Shown here piece by piece: positions 46,069 through 55,525 of a DNA stretch of 57,967 bases. The translations under genes were made by a program, and so were the position numbers. Numbering within the stretch: position 1 is the stretch's first letter; each line of letters begins with the position of its first letter. The DNA is from a virus (Duplodnaviria > Caudoviricetes). The notes beneath the pieces were generated by a model. The model saw nothing but the letters and a program-made list of their open reading frames with translations, searched no databases and was not told the origin of the DNA. The stretch covers positions 1 to 57,967 of IMG/VR virus record IMGVR_UViG_3300037721_000035. The stretch is one strand, 5' to 3'.

Positions 46069-46750
46069 ATTAGGTTTACAATACGAAACGGACAAAGCAA
46101 GTAACGGGCATAACTACTTGCAGTTCTACGAAAGATTTTTAGAACCGTTACGTGACAAACCTATAACGCTTGTAGAAGCGGGGGTAGGCGGTTACGAATA
46201 CCCGGATAGAGGGGGTGAATCATTACGGATGTGGCGGCAATACTTTCATAATCCACATGCTTATATTGCTGGTTTTGATCTGCATGATAAATCAGGAGTG
46301 AGTATATTAGGGGTCCATATTTTAAAAGGTTCACAGACAGATCGTGAATTTTTAGAAACTAATTTCGGGTATGGCCCATATGATGACGTGCCTGACAAAC
46401 CGTACATTGATATTTTTATTGATGATGCCAGTCATGTAAACCCCCTATCCATTGAGACGTTTAAAATAATGTTCCCGTTGGTTAAACCAGGAGGAATCTA
46501 TATTTGGGAAGACATACACACATCTTATTGGGTCGAAGGGTACCGGGGGTTGCCTGACCCCGATGTGAATAATTATATGAATAATTATCGCCCACCACAC
46601 GAATCTACAGCGGCAACGTTCCTGCACCGTCTACAAGACGGTATGCAGGTAGATACTTTAGAGGAACAATACCGGGGGCCATTTGATGGGCATATTGCCG
46701 AAATGCATTTCATGCGGAACACCTGCGTAATTATTAAACGAAAACAATAA
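46052..46750 (+). CDS. SAM-dependent sugar O-methyltransferase (MycE/TylE/OleY-like)
   Basis: TDK...HNY, EAGVGGY, GGESLRMW..YF, GSQTD, DIFIDDASH, KPGGIY..EDIHTSYW. Confidence 0.8.
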   Translation: MKTLDELGLQYETDKASNGHNYLQFYERFLEPLRDKPITLVEAGVGGYEYPDRGGESLRMWRQYFHNPHAYIAGFDLHDKSGVSILGVHILKGSQTDREFLETNFGYGPYDDVPDKPYIDIFIDDASHVNPLSIETFKIMFPLVKPGGIYIWEDIHTSYWVEGYRGLPDPDVNNYMNNYRPPHESTAATFLHRLQDGMQVDTLEEQYRGPFDGHIAEMHFMRNTCVIIKRKQ

Positions 46751-46756
46751 ACCACT

Positions 46757-46960
46757 ATGGTTATTGAATGTACCATACGGACGCCCCAATTTAAAGGCAG
46801 TCAGGAAGTTTTCGAAATGAAAGATCAAACCGGTACATTCGATACGGAGTCTTTACTATTTACACCAGATAATAATTTTAAAAACAATGACGGGTCTGTA
46901 TTTGCACACAAAGTACAATTTCACAGCCGGGAACAATTTAATAAATACCGAATAAAATAA
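46757..46960 (+). CDS. Hypothetical protein
   Basis: Tightly packed ORF. Confidence 0.5.
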   Translation: MVIECTIRTPQFKGSQEVFEMKDQTGTFDTESLLFTPDNNFKNNDGSVFAHKVQFHSREQFNKYRIK

Positions 46961-46965
46961 TTAGT

Positions 46966-48543
46966 ATGCTCACGGTAAAGTTTAATGGAAATTTAGGAAA
47001 CAAGTTATTCCAATTGTGGTCTTTGGTGGGGGTTGCTAAAGAACTAAAACACAACGTTGCTTTCCCTGCTAGTGAAATATACGATTATTTTGATGGGTCA
47101 TTTACAGTTCACACCGTGCCCCTTGATCTGGAATATAAAGAACCAGCATTCAACTTTACCCCTGTTGAAATTGATACAGTAGAAGGGGCAACATTAAACG
47201 GATACTTCCAATCAGAACGGTATTGGTCACGCTGTGAGAAGGAACTTAGAAAAATGTTTACGTTTAAAAAAACATTCGTAAACGAAACAAAGGACAAATT
47301 ACCGGGGCTGTTTAACAAGGAAGTAATTTGTATTTCCATACGACGCGGTGATTTCGTAGGGAATAAAACCTACTACCAATTACCAATTACGTATTACCTG
47401 GGTGCGCTGCTTACTGAGTTTCCGGATTTCCAAACAAAATATAATTTACTGGTACTGTCAGACGATCCAGATTATTGCAAAGCTCATTTTGATTGTCTTG
47501 ATAACGTTTATTACGGTGCGGATCTAAATGCATTTGAGCAACTTTGTTTAGGATCGTTAGCGCAATACCATATCATCAGCAACAGTACTTTTTCCTGGTG
47601 GACCGCATATCTTTCCAAAAGTAAAAAGGTTATACGTCCTAAACATAACTTTGGCGAGGAATACCGCAAGACACACCCGGAACATGATTATTGGCCTGAA
47701 TGGAAAAATTGGCAGGTGTTCGATCATGAAGTGTATAAAATACCTTTAAAGGATACTACGTTTATGATTCCGGTTTTCTTTGACCATTCAGACAGGAAAG
47801 CTAATTTAGATCTCACGGTGTGTATGTTGCAGCGGGACTTTGATACCAATGTTTCTGTAATGGAAAACAACGGTACTAAGTTCGCATACATGAAACAATG
47901 GACCGAATACGAATCAGTATCTAACCCGTATTTCCATCGTACCCGAATGTTAAATGAGATGGCAGTAAAAGCAAGTACACCGTACATTGTAAATTGGGAT
48001 GCTGATGTAATTGTGCCGCCCCTTCAAGTGTATTTATCAATCCAATTATTACGTAACGATTATGCTAATTTCGCATACCCATACGACGGTAGATTTGTAC
48101 GGGTGTTACGCAAGCCTTTCTTTAAACAAGTAAGTATGGGCCTGGATATTGGTGTATTGAAAAATGCTGACAATTTTCAGTTCGGTCCTATCAAAGGTAA
48201 GATCATGGCAACGTCATCCGTAGGCGGCGCGGTTGCTATGCAGCGGGAGTGTTTCATTGCGTCCGGTATGGAAAATGAAAACATGATCAGCTATGCACCT
48301 GAAGACTGTGAACGTTGGGACCGGTGGCATAAGCTGGGGTACGTTGTAGTACGGGTACCTGGGAAGCTATACCATATGGATCATTTTTGCGGCCCAAACA
48401 GTTGCAGTAAAAACCCTTTTTTTAATAAAAATCATGATGAACTGGACCAACTACGCGGGATGACAGCAATCGAATTAAGAAAACGTGTGGATAGTTGGCC
48501 GTGGCGGGCGAAAGCCTTACCTGTGGCGGATTCTACAGATTAA
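46966..48543 (+). CDS. Bifunctional glycosyltransferase: GT11 (alpha-1,2-fucosyltransferase-like) fused to a GT-A fold GT2/GT7-like domain
   Basis: GNLGNKLFQ, GYFQSE, IRRGDF, SDD, NSTFSWW (GT11); DAD, VGGA, ENENMISYAPED, LYHMDH (GT-A). Confidence 0.85.
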   Translation: MLTVKFNGNLGNKLFQLWSLVGVAKELKHNVAFPASEIYDYFDGSFTVHTVPLDLEYKEPAFNFTPVEIDTVEGATLNGYFQSERYWSRCEKELRKMFTFKKTFVNETKDKLPGLFNKEVICISIRRGDFVGNKTYYQLPITYYLGALLTEFPDFQTKYNLLVLSDDPDYCKAHFDCLDNVYYGADLNAFEQLCLGSLAQYHIISNSTFSWWTAYLSKSKKVIRPKHNFGEEYRKTHPEHDYWPEWKNWQVFDHEVYKIPLKDTTFMIPVFFDHSDRKANLDLTVCMLQRDFDTNVSVMENNGTKFAYMKQWTEYESVSNPYFHRTRMLNEMAVKASTPYIVNWDADVIVPPLQVYLSIQLLRNDYANFAYPYDGRFVRVLRKPFFKQVSMGLDIGVLKNADNFQFGPIKGKIMATSSVGGAVAMQRECFIASGMENENMISYAPEDCERWDRWHKLGYVVVRVPGKLYHMDHFCGPNSCSKNPFFNKNHDELDQLRGMTAIELRKRVDSWPWRAKALPVADSTD

Positions 48544-48548
48544 AGAAC

Positions 48549-48591
48549 TTACCAAAAATCCGGTAACCTCCTGCATTATACGCAGGGGGTT
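48549..48591 (+). promoter_or_regulatory. Operator variant plus hairpin upstream of the portal promoter
   Basis: TTACC-AAAAATCC-GGTAAC; AACCTCCTGC..GCAGGGGGTT hairpin. Confidence 0.55.
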
Positions 48592-48613
48592 ATCGTCGTT
48601 TGTACAATTTATA

Positions 48614-48643
48614 TTTGGTAAGGTGAAAAATATCATATATTTG
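48614..48643 (+). promoter_or_regulatory. Promoter of the head operon
   Basis: TTTG-N18-TATATTTG. Confidence 0.6.
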
Positions 48644-48668
48644 AAGTTAAGACACCTACCAATATTAA

Positions 48669-50201
48669 ATGTCAAAAGTACTCGAAATCGTAAAGGCGGT
48701 TGTAAATGGAGACTTCCAAACGGCTATTAAATCAGTCGGCGTGCAAACCATCCCCCTCACCGCTTCCACATATCGAGGGGATAGCATGGGCAATGGTTGG
48801 TCTTTTTCTACAAGCGGGGGTATCAATTCTTACTTCAAATATCAAGACCGTCACAGCTGTACAACTGCATACGATCGTTGCCCGGGTTTGAATGCCGTGA
48901 TCAATAAAAAAGCACAGGCATTTATAAACGGTGAAGTGTGGGTATTGGATAATGACGGCAAGGTTGCTAACGGTATATTCGCAAAACAACTACGTAAACT
49001 TTTAGATAAACCGAATCTCTTTCAGAGTTGGGACCAATTTCAAGCACAGCAATACATCTACATACAGACCTACGGATTTTGCCCGATGTTAGCGATTAAG
49101 CCGGAAGGTTATAAAAAGAACATAGACGCATCAAGTTTATGGAATATACCACCAACCATGTTCAGCCCGCACATGACGGGTAAAATGTTACGGCAAACCG
49201 ATATTGAAAAAGTAATTGATTACGTAGATATTACTTTTAACGGTGAGACTTCGCAGGTATCCATCAAGGATATATGCATCCTAAAAGATTTAACAACCTC
49301 TACCACTTCCCCGATATTTCCAGATTCCCGTATCAAGTCTTTAGAAATGCCGATCAACAATCAGATCGGAGCGTATGAGTCACGTAATGTATTAATCAAT
49401 TATCGCGGCGCCCTGGGTATTTTCTCAAGGGATTTAGGTAACAATGGGCAGGTGGGTGTACCTCCTATTACCGATAAGGAAAAAGAAAATCTACAAAAAG
49501 ATTTCAAAAGATACGGGATACGTAACAATCAGTGGCAGTTTATCATCACATCAGCCGCGTTAAAGTGGCAACAGGTTAGTGTAGCTACTAAAGACCTGAT
49601 GTTATTTGAGGAAGTTAAATCTTCGAACGAGGCTATTTGCGATAAGTATTCATACCCCTTTGAATTACTTGCCAATGAGAAAGGGACCACGTTTGATAAC
49701 CGCACAGAAGCAGGTAAAGACCTGTATCAAAATGCAATCATACCTGAAGCGTTAAGCATATACAAACAGCTTAACGTTTTTTTCGAAACGGCAACTTACG
49801 ACATAAAATTAGATGTCGATTACAGTAAAGTCCCTTGCCTTCAGGAGAATGAGAAAGCGAGAATGGAGGCGCGGCTTACGCGTAACGAGGCATACAAAAT
49901 AGAATGGGATAATGATCTTATTACACGTAACCAGTGGCGTATTGCTAATGGAGAAGATCCCATTGAGGGGGACGATTTCAGAAGATCAGAAATTGCAGCG
50001 CTGACTAAAGAGCCACTAGTGAATAGTATAGGTGTTGGAGGTGTGCAGGGTATAGTAGCATTGTTAACTACGCCAGGTATTCAGCAACAGGCCATGCAAG
50101 CTACTTTGGAAATTGTATTCGGATTGCCACCCGCAGACGCTGCAAGAATGGCCGTACCAGCCGTAGCACCTGTAACCAATCAAACCCAAAATAATGAATA
50201 A
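48669..50201 (+). CDS. Portal protein (HK97-like)
   Basis: L.KPNLFQSW..F, DLMLFE, IC..Y..P.ELL, TFDN, IIPEA, ITRNQWR...G..PIEGDD. Confidence 0.88.
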   Translation: MSKVLEIVKAVVNGDFQTAIKSVGVQTIPLTASTYRGDSMGNGWSFSTSGGINSYFKYQDRHSCTTAYDRCPGLNAVINKKAQAFINGEVWVLDNDGKVANGIFAKQLRKLLDKPNLFQSWDQFQAQQYIYIQTYGFCPMLAIKPEGYKKNIDASSLWNIPPTMFSPHMTGKMLRQTDIEKVIDYVDITFNGETSQVSIKDICILKDLTTSTTSPIFPDSRIKSLEMPINNQIGAYESRNVLINYRGALGIFSRDLGNNGQVGVPPITDKEKENLQKDFKRYGIRNNQWQFIITSAALKWQQVSVATKDLMLFEEVKSSNEAICDKYSYPFELLANEKGTTFDNRTEAGKDLYQNAIIPEALSIYKQLNVFFETATYDIKLDVDYSKVPCLQENEKARMEARLTRNEAYKIEWDNDLITRNQWRIANGEDPIEGDDFRRSEIAALTKEPLVNSIGVGGVQGIVALLTTPGIQQQAMQATLEIVFGLPPADAARMAVPAVAPVTNQTQNNE

Positions 50202-50448
50202 CGAACTGCGGTTGAAACAGGAACTGCGGGCAAGTGTTAAAAATATTTGCGAATTATACGGCATACCGGAAATGTTAATACAACCACTAGCAACTATCAA
50301 TCTAAATACGATGAAAAACAAAGATAAAAAAGCCGACGATAAAAAGCAGGAGGTTAAAAAATTAACCGATGAAGAAAAGAAGTTGATCCAACAAGAGGAT
50401 CAAAAAAAGAAACTTAAAGCTTTCAATAAAGAAAATATAATTAAATGA
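50194..50448 (+). CDS. Small Lys-rich hypothetical protein (start may be 50311)
   Basis: Fills the gap between portal and protease. Confidence 0.45.
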   Translation: MNNELRLKQELRASVKNICELYGIPEMLIQPLATINLNTMKNKDKKADDKKQEVKKLTDEEKKLIQQEDQKKKLKAFNKENIIK

Positions 50449-51305
50449 GCCGCGTACTTTTGGAAATCGATCACAGCTTACCGAAGTCGGAACTGTTCAA
50501 ATTTTTAAAGGATAACAAAAAGGCATTGATTGCCCAAAAGAAAGCAACCTTTAAAAGATTCGACGGCGCCCCTAATTTCTATTCTAATTTCAATGTAATA
50601 GAAAAAGACGGTACCACAAAAGCCGTGGGTGATACGGTTATCCCTGAAGATGTGGACTCAATAATGGTAGATGTGGCAGCAAACACTTCATTATGGTGCG
50701 ATACTGCAATGGATGTTTTATTACGTGATTCTGCTAAAAAATCTATCCGCGAAAGGAAAGGTCTGATACCTCACATACACGATCACCTGTATGAAGTGTT
50801 GGCCGAAGTGGGGGATGTTAAGAACATTTTCTACCAGGACGTACCGTTGAAACAGTTAGGGTTGAAACAGGAGGGAACCGGGCAGGTGCTGACTTTCAGA
50901 ACGGAGATAGTGAAAGAATATAATGAAAAAATATTTCATAAGTACCGGCTTAAGAAAATTAAACAACACTCAATAGGCTTACGCTACATCGAGTTGTTAT
51001 TAGCCATTAATGAACCGGACGATGATTATTATGAAGATGAATACAAAGTTTGGAAGAAATATTTTGATCAAATTATAAATAAAGAAGTACCAGAAGAAAG
51101 GGGTTTCTTTTGGGCTGTTCCGCAATACATGTTACTGGAAAACAGTTGCGTGTTAATCGGTGCGAATCAGTTAACCCCAACGCTATCAACATCAGAAAAG
51201 CAATCCACCAACGAACAGCCGTCCGATGATGACACTGAGAAGGGGCCGGAAGATAATGTGGTATTTGATGTAGAAGAAGCACTGAAGACAGTAAAATTTT
51301 TCTAA
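50445..51305 (+). CDS. Prohead maturation protease-like protein
   Basis: HIHDH, QHSIG, ENSCV..GAN.LTP; between portal and capsid. Confidence 0.7.
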   Translation: MSRVLLEIDHSLPKSELFKFLKDNKKALIAQKKATFKRFDGAPNFYSNFNVIEKDGTTKAVGDTVIPEDVDSIMVDVAANTSLWCDTAMDVLLRDSAKKSIRERKGLIPHIHDHLYEVLAEVGDVKNIFYQDVPLKQLGLKQEGTGQVLTFRTEIVKEYNEKIFHKYRLKKIKQHSIGLRYIELLLAINEPDDDYYEDEYKVWKKYFDQIINKEVPEERGFFWAVPQYMLLENSCVLIGANQLTPTLSTSEKQSTNEQPSDDDTEKGPEDNVVFDVEEALKTVKFF

Positions 51306-51323
51306 TCAAAAAGTAAAAACATT

Positions 51324-52571
51324 ATGTTAACGAAAGAGCAAATGGACTCCCTGGTAGCTGATTTAGGCAAACAGGCGGCAGTCGAAATTAAAACGCAGGT
51401 GGATGCACTTGATTTGAAATTGGATACTAAGTATAAGGACGTACTAGCGGGTACGGTTACCATCAAGGACTTCAACGAGTTTAAGGAATCAAACATTAAA
51501 CAGTTAAATGAAGCACTGAAAAAATTGGAAGATATAGCCGAAGCCAATAAAGCACAGGCTGAAAAAATTTCAGGTTTACTGGAAAATCCAACCGGTAAGA
51601 AAGACGTTTCAATGGCTGAATTTTTAACACCGTTCATCCCTAAGTTAGCGGAGTTGAAAGCCAAAGGAACCGGATACATTGAGGTAACCGATACCGAAAT
51701 GAAAGCGGCCGGTATTACCTCTATAGGTGGATCTATTACACCAGGTACGCCGTACCTTCCCGGTTTGGCTGGTACGCCGCTTGAAATGTTCGACATTGTG
51801 CAAGCACCTGATTTCATGATCACGCGCGTTGACCTGGGTACTACCGATCAATACAAATTAGCGTGGGTGAACGAAACCGGTATGGAGGGCGCAGTCGATA
51901 CGAACATTGCGGAAAGCGGTCTGAAACCATTGGTTCAACATAAATTTTCAGTGGAAATTTCCACGGCTGAAAAAGTTGCAGCCTATTCAATTCTTACTGA
52001 AGAATTCGAAGAAGACGTACCGGGTTTAGCGTCTGAGGTTCGCGGTATGTTGCAACGCGACGTTATGCGGGCGCTTGATAATGCGATACAGACCAAAGTA
52101 TTTTTGGCCGCAAAAGCGTTTAACCTCACTCAGTTGGATGCTGATATATATCAAGCCAGTTTGTGGGATGCTGCGTATGCATTGCTTACACAAGTAGGGT
52201 TTAATAACTTTACTCCCAATACGCTTGCAGTAAACTGGATCACCAACGCCAAAATGCAGATGGCCAAAAATGCGAATGGTACATATTTGTTACCTCCTTT
52301 CAAACAGGAGATATTAGATATGTTGGTTCGTGCTAACAAGATCGAAACTAACGTAGGTTTGGCCGGTGACTTGAAACAGTTCCGGGTACGTATGTACAAA
52401 GGGTACACCCTGCGTATGGGTTGGATCAATGATCAATTCATAAAGAACGAGTTCGCTATTTTGGGTGAACTGCGTTATCATGGATTTATCAGTGATAACC
52501 GGAAATTCGCATTAGCCAAAGGCGATCTGAATGCAATCGCTGTACAGATCAACGGAACACCTGGTTCATAA
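51324..52571 (+). CDS. Major capsid protein (HK97 fold, N-terminal coiled-coil delta domain)
   Basis: AESGLKP, KVAAY..LTEE..ED, K.ANG.YL, AGDLK, F.KNEFAILGE.R; ends TPGS. Confidence 0.92.
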   Translation: MLTKEQMDSLVADLGKQAAVEIKTQVDALDLKLDTKYKDVLAGTVTIKDFNEFKESNIKQLNEALKKLEDIAEANKAQAEKISGLLENPTGKKDVSMAEFLTPFIPKLAELKAKGTGYIEVTDTEMKAAGITSIGGSITPGTPYLPGLAGTPLEMFDIVQAPDFMITRVDLGTTDQYKLAWVNETGMEGAVDTNIAESGLKPLVQHKFSVEISTAEKVAAYSILTEEFEEDVPGLASEVRGMLQRDVMRALDNAIQTKVFLAAKAFNLTQLDADIYQASLWDAAYALLTQVGFNNFTPNTLAVNWITNAKMQMAKNANGTYLLPPFKQEILDMLVRANKIETNVGLAGDLKQFRVRMYKGYTLRMGWINDQFIKNEFAILGELRYHGFISDNRKFALAKGDLNAIAVQINGTPGS

Positions 52572-52586
52572 TAATTCGATAGCATA

Positions 52587-53120
52587 ATGTTGATAGATAA
52601 GTCATACTTTGTTTTGGAAATAAATATACCTACCGGGTCGGTACCAGTATTGGATCGACTCAATGGGTTTATTGAACAATACGAAATCGAATTCCTTCAT
52701 AAAGTGTTAGGGTATCCGTTAGCCGATCAATTCATAGCAGGGTATGCCGCTGTGCCTCCTGCACAAAAATGGGTTAATTTGGCTACGGGTACCACTTACA
52801 CTTTAAACGGGAAGACGATTAAATGGAACGGGTTATTAATGACTACACCTAAACGTAGCCCAATTGCAAACTACATTTACTATTGGTATTCCCGCGACGC
52901 CCATACAAAGACATCTACTATGGGGGAAACGAAAGCCAAAGTGGAAAACAGTGAACCTATTACGCCCGCCTGGAAGATGGTAGCGGCATGGGCAAAAATG
53001 CAATTGTGGATTAATGATCTGTTTAATTTCTTAGAAGCCCATAAAGACACATACGGTTTCACCAGAACAAAGTATGACATTCAATGTGAGTTTGGTAATA
53101 TAAACGAGTTCAATATATAA
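52587..53120 (+). CDS. Head-tail adaptor
   Basis: Directly after MCP; I..YE..FL..VLG, IANYIYY. Confidence 0.65.
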   Translation: MLIDKSYFVLEINIPTGSVPVLDRLNGFIEQYEIEFLHKVLGYPLADQFIAGYAAVPPAQKWVNLATGTTYTLNGKTIKWNGLLMTTPKRSPIANYIYYWYSRDAHTKTSTMGETKAKVENSEPITPAWKMVAAWAKMQLWINDLFNFLEAHKDTYGFTRTKYDIQCEFGNINEFNI

Positions 53121-53641
53121 TGGGTAAAACGGTTTTCATAGTTGAAGAAATTGAAAAAGTAGTTGCTAAAACTAATACTGCTTTAACAGCTGCCGGTTTC
53201 ACTTCAACCGTGTATTATGATTATGGGCATATCAAAGAAATAACACAACGGTTGCAAGAGTTAACCGATAGCCCGAATCATAGTCATGAAAAATTCCCGT
53301 TAATAATTTTGCTCACGGATGTTCCTATACAACGCAACATACCAGGGTTTTACGGAAGCGCTAAAATGCGTTTCTTAATTTGCAATATCACACAACCGGA
53401 ATACACGTCAAAGCAAAGAACGGCTACTAATTTTAAACCGGTTCTACATCCCATTAAGGAAGCGTTTATTGAAGCCCTTACGCAACATGGACAGTTTGTT
53501 TTTGAAAGCATACCCATGTTTACTGAAACCGACTGTTACTATTACGGCTCACAGATAAATGATAAGAATGTTTTTAATGATCACATTGATGCTATTGAGT
53601 TAGACGGTCTATCCGTAAACGTTACAGAATTTATTTGCTAA
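53120..53641 (+). CDS. Head closure / tail terminator-like protein
   Basis: Position; R...NFKPVL.PI..AFI, D.IDAIE motifs. Confidence 0.55.
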   Translation: MGKTVFIVEEIEKVVAKTNTALTAAGFTSTVYYDYGHIKEITQRLQELTDSPNHSHEKFPLIILLTDVPIQRNIPGFYGSAKMRFLICNITQPEYTSKQRTATNFKPVLHPIKEAFIEALTQHGQFVFESIPMFTETDCYYYGSQINDKNVFNDHIDAIELDGLSVNVTEFIC

Positions 53642-53659
53642 TTTAATAATCTTCTCCAT

Positions 53660-54616
53660 ATGGCTACATTAAGACTAAACAAACCGGTGTGCGCTGTTTC
53701 TTACGGTAACGTCGGTTATGGTAACTGCTATTTGGACCCTAAAAAAATTGTTGGGGCTTTCCAGGTAACAGAGGATTTTCTCATTGATCAGGATGCTTTA
53801 CAGGATCTTCAAAGTTTCTTAGAAGAAAAAGTATTAGCGGTTATCGGTTCTCGTATTTTCCCATATCACAAGTTCATAGGTATCACGGATAACACGGAAG
53901 ATACTCAAATTGAAACCACTGATTACGGAACAAAAATACCTACCCGTGACGGTGATTACGATCTTACTTTCAGGTTCACCGAAGGCGGGGTACAACTGTT
54001 TCAGGAAATGCAGAAGAACGCCGGACCTGGTAAGTATTTTGTATTCTATGATCAGGACGGTGTGTTATACGGCTATAAAACCAAAGCCGGTTTAAGAGGC
54101 ATACCTATGTTATTCCTTGCAAAACCGTGGAAGTTTGCAACCGGTAGCACTTCAGCGCAGTATCTGTTACAGTTCATCTTTGCGCCGATTTACATCAACT
54201 ACGGTAACCTGGGTTTTGTTAAAGCAATTGATTTCAATTTCTTTGATATTAAAGGGTTGCAAGATGTTACGTTAGAATTGGTGGATCTGACAGGTAATGT
54301 GGCTACGGTTTTAGCGCTTACTTCTATCAGCGCTGTAAACCTGTATACTGCCTTCAGCACTAACTTGGAACAGGTAGCGGCCTGGGTGGTTAAAGATGAA
54401 GACGGTAATACCGTACCCGTTACAGGGGTGGCAGCAGTACCGGCCGCACAAGGTGATCAGGGCGGCTTTGCAGTGACTATGGGGTCCACGGAATTTAACG
54501 CTGCCGATAAGGTATATATGCAATGGGCCGGGCCGAATGTATTGGCTGAAACACCTATACTGGTAAACGGTTATGATGTTTCCATACCGCTGGAAATAGA
54601 GGCGCCAGGTTCGTAA
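53660..54616 (+). CDS. Major tail tube protein
   Basis: Position after connectors and before chaperone/TMP; size 318 aa; ends APGS. Confidence 0.75.
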   Translation: MATLRLNKPVCAVSYGNVGYGNCYLDPKKIVGAFQVTEDFLIDQDALQDLQSFLEEKVLAVIGSRIFPYHKFIGITDNTEDTQIETTDYGTKIPTRDGDYDLTFRFTEGGVQLFQEMQKNAGPGKYFVFYDQDGVLYGYKTKAGLRGIPMLFLAKPWKFATGSTSAQYLLQFIFAPIYINYGNLGFVKAIDFNFFDIKGLQDVTLELVDLTGNVATVLALTSISAVNLYTAFSTNLEQVAAWVVKDEDGNTVPVTGVAAVPAAQGDQGGFAVTMGSTEFNAADKVYMQWAGPNVLAETPILVNGYDVSIPLEIEAPGS

Positions 54617-54789
54617 TGGTAACTACTATAATTATACTGAACACCGGTTTTAATGTAAACTATTGGAACCGGTGTTCTTTAGAATACTTTTTAAAAGAGA
54701 CAATAAAAAGCGGTTTCTTTAAGGAATATGATCCGGATAAAAGACTACATATTTTAAAAACAGCGTACCGGTTAATTTGTGAGGCATGA
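54616..54789 (+). CDS. 57-aa hypothetical protein
   Basis: Hand-read ORF coupled on both sides (TAATG and ATGA overlaps). Confidence 0.55.
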   Translation: MVTTIIILNTGFNVNYWNRCSLEYFLKETIKSGFFKEYDPDKRLHILKTAYRLICEA

Positions 54790-55244
54790 CATTGCACGAA
54801 TTTCAAAGACGGATACATGATTTCAGTATTGAAGATGAAATTGTAAATACTGTTAATGCAACGGAAAGCACCATTACCGGTTTAATCCGTACACAAATGG
54901 CTTTTGGTTTGAAGGGGGCTGGGAAAATAAAAAACGTTTTTACTAAGAAATACGATTACTCGTTATGGTGGGGTGATCATCGACAAACTTTAGGTTTACA
55001 GATTGATTTCTTTGATTTTAAAGTGACCGGTGAATTTTATAAAAGTATCGGGGTGTTTAAGGTTACATCAACAAGTTATGAGATATACGCCCGAAGTGTA
55101 AAGACCCGGAACCTGGTTAAATTATTCACTGAAAATATTTTTAATTTGAATGATGATAGTTTAGACGAATACATACGGGATAGTTTTTTTCCTGAATTAA
55201 AAAGAAGAATTGAAATGAAACTAGGGGTGGGGTTTGGTGCATGA
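54786..55244 (+). CDS. Neck / tail-completion-like protein
   Basis: Q...G..G.G and VTGEFYKSI motifs; tail-assembly region. Confidence 0.5.
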   Translation: MTLHEFQRRIHDFSIEDEIVNTVNATESTITGLIRTQMAFGLKGAGKIKNVFTKKYDYSLWWGDHRQTLGLQIDFFDFKVTGEFYKSIGVFKVTSTSYEIYARSVKTRNLVKLFTENIFNLNDDSLDEYIRDSFFPELKRRIEMKLGVGFGA

Positions 55245-55525
55245 GTCATTACGGTAATTATCCTAACCCTGAATTATGCGCGAAGTATGGGTGTTATAAA
55301 TTGAGAAACGAATTTCACTTTCTTATGTGTGAAGGTTGTTTAATAACTGAAAAAGAAAAACAAGCGTTAATAAATTCAGTGCAACAGAAAGCACAAGTTT
55401 ACGCGAATGAAATTAAAAAGCTCGTCATATTATACGAAACTTCGGAAGGCGTACCGGCTTATATGGAAGCCGAAGCCGCGCGACTTGCAGGTGTACGTAT
55501 CCTCGGATATATACCGAACTTGTAG
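55241..55525 (+). CDS. Hypothetical protein (start may be 55325)
   Basis: Coupled ORF; overlaps the next gene by 119 nt. Confidence 0.45.
   Translation: MSHYGNYPNPELCAKYGCYKLRNEFHFLMCEGCLITEKEKQALINSVQQKAQVYANEIKKLVILYETSEGVPAYMEAEAARLAGVRILGYIPNL

Noticed and set aside
48485-48730. 81-aa ORF between the glycosyltransferase and portal genes
   Set aside because: It overlaps both neighbours and spans an operator, a hairpin and a promoter, so it is most likely spurious.
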